DNA of 62,893 nt, counting the filler, from Octopus bimaculoides (taxonomy: Eukaryota), in assembly GCF_001194135.2 (NCBI RefSeq). It is 4 parts of 3 records of this genome, joined end to end, with 100 filler letters (N's around TTAATTAATTAA, not from the genome) between each part and the next. Parts side by side here need not be neighbours in the genome. Positions count along the whole stretch, not along the records: positions 55,833 to 62,893 come from NC_068987.1; 3 more parts are not named here. One strand, 5' to 3'. The position numbers were made by a program, and so were the translations under genes. Positions 61,802-62,893 of the stretch are shown here, one piece after another. The number at the start of each line of letters is the position of its first letter. Within the stretch, counting starts at the first letter, position 1. Below the pieces are notes generated by a model. The model did no database searches. It saw only the letters and a program-made list of their open reading frames with translations, and was not told the DNA's origin.

Positions 61802-62893
61802 CAGGAGTTGGATAAAATAATGGAAACACTTACCGACATGGCATTATAATTTTGAAATATCTATAAAACCGTCCGAAGCTTGTTTATTTTTATGTTTTTT
61901 GATTTAGTATTAATGTTGCTAATTATGTTTTGCTAAAATTGCTGTTTCTTTTCAGATATCATCAGAAAAAGACAATTAGAATTCATTAAAATGACAGACT
62001 ATTGGACTTTCAAAGAGGTCAAATTGTTTGTGCTCGTATGGCAGGCGCTAGCGTAACGAAAACAGCCGAAAGGTTTGGTGTATCAAGAAGTACTGTCTCG
62101 AAAGTAATGACAGCCTTTGAGAAAACGTCCTCATCGAAACAAAACTCCAAAAGTAGACCAAAACTTTCAGATAGAGACCGTCAGACTCTTACGCGAATTG
62201 TTAGAAAAGATCATAAAAGTACAGCTCCCAAAATTACTGCAGAGCTTAATGACCATCTCGAGAACCCAGTTTCCACAAAAGCTGTTCGTCGGGAGTTGCA
62301 CAAAGCCGGATTTCACGGGAGGGCTGCAATCAGAAAACCACTACTTAAAAAAACAAACGTTGGAAAGCGTTTAGAGTGGAGTAAAAACCTACAGAATTGG
62401 TCCCTAGAGCAATGGAAGAATGTTATTTTCTCGGACGAGTCATCCTTTACCTTATATCCCACCACCGGCCGAGTATACGTGTGGACACATCCAAAAGAAG
62501 CATTTGACCCAGAGTGCCTTCTTCTAACTGTTAAACGTGGAGGAGGATGTGTGATGATCTGGCGGGGCTATATCTTGGAAATTCGCCGGCCCAATGATTT
62601 CCCTTCATGACAGAATTAATAGTCAAGACTATTTAAGCATTTTATCTGATCAAATTTATTCTATGGTTACGGAACTGTTTCCGGAGGGAAACGCAATCTT
62701 TCAGGATGATAATGCACCAATTCACACAGCTAAAGTTGTTACTGAATGGCACGAAGAACATTCTAGTGAAGTTGAGCATCTTATCTGGCCACCACAGTCC
62801 CCAGATCTTTATGGTGCATTTTAGAAAACCAAGGAGTTGATATCCTCCACTATCATCACTATAAGAACTGGAGACTGGTTTAGCTGAAGAATG
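61802..62893 (+). mobile_element. Tc1-like transposon with pseudogenised transposase, cut by the window end
   Basis: TA then CAGGAGTTGGATAAAATAATGGAAACAC left end; paired-like HTH, FSDES, FQDDNAP, WPPQSPDL; frameshifts near 62000 and 62570; NxIE segment deleted at about 62808. Confidence 0.92.

Overview
AT-rich, microsatellite-saturated animal genomic DNA. The SINE families and repeat landscape look like an octopod cephalopod (inference from recalled repeat families, not a database hit). The window is four assembly blocks joined by three identical synthetic 100-nt spacers (44 N + TTAATTAATTAA + 44 N), with many further N gaps. The only host gene I can support is the 3' half of NADPH-cytochrome P450 reductase (POR/CPR): six GT-AG exons on the + strand (12733-25258; FAD- and NADPH-binding domains, ending DVWS-stop). 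Its 5' exons are absent. The rest is transposon debris: tRNA-derived SINEs, RTE, L1/Tx1, R4/Dong, Penelope-like, Tc1, DD37D mariner, pogo/Tc2, an ISL2EU-like element and two solo Gypsy-like LTRs. The most interesting signal is non-coding: several unrelated small elements carry hammerhead-ribozyme (HHR) motifs. They include a 305-bp tandem unit with one type I HHR per copy (retrozyme-like), inverted-arm elements of Penelope-like design, and a 300-bp element with perfect 54-bp inverted arms enclosing a candidate type III HHR. POR also has genomic codons that A-to-I editing would convert back to conserved residues. All ribozyme folds were done by eye, and none of these claims has been tested by search or experiment.
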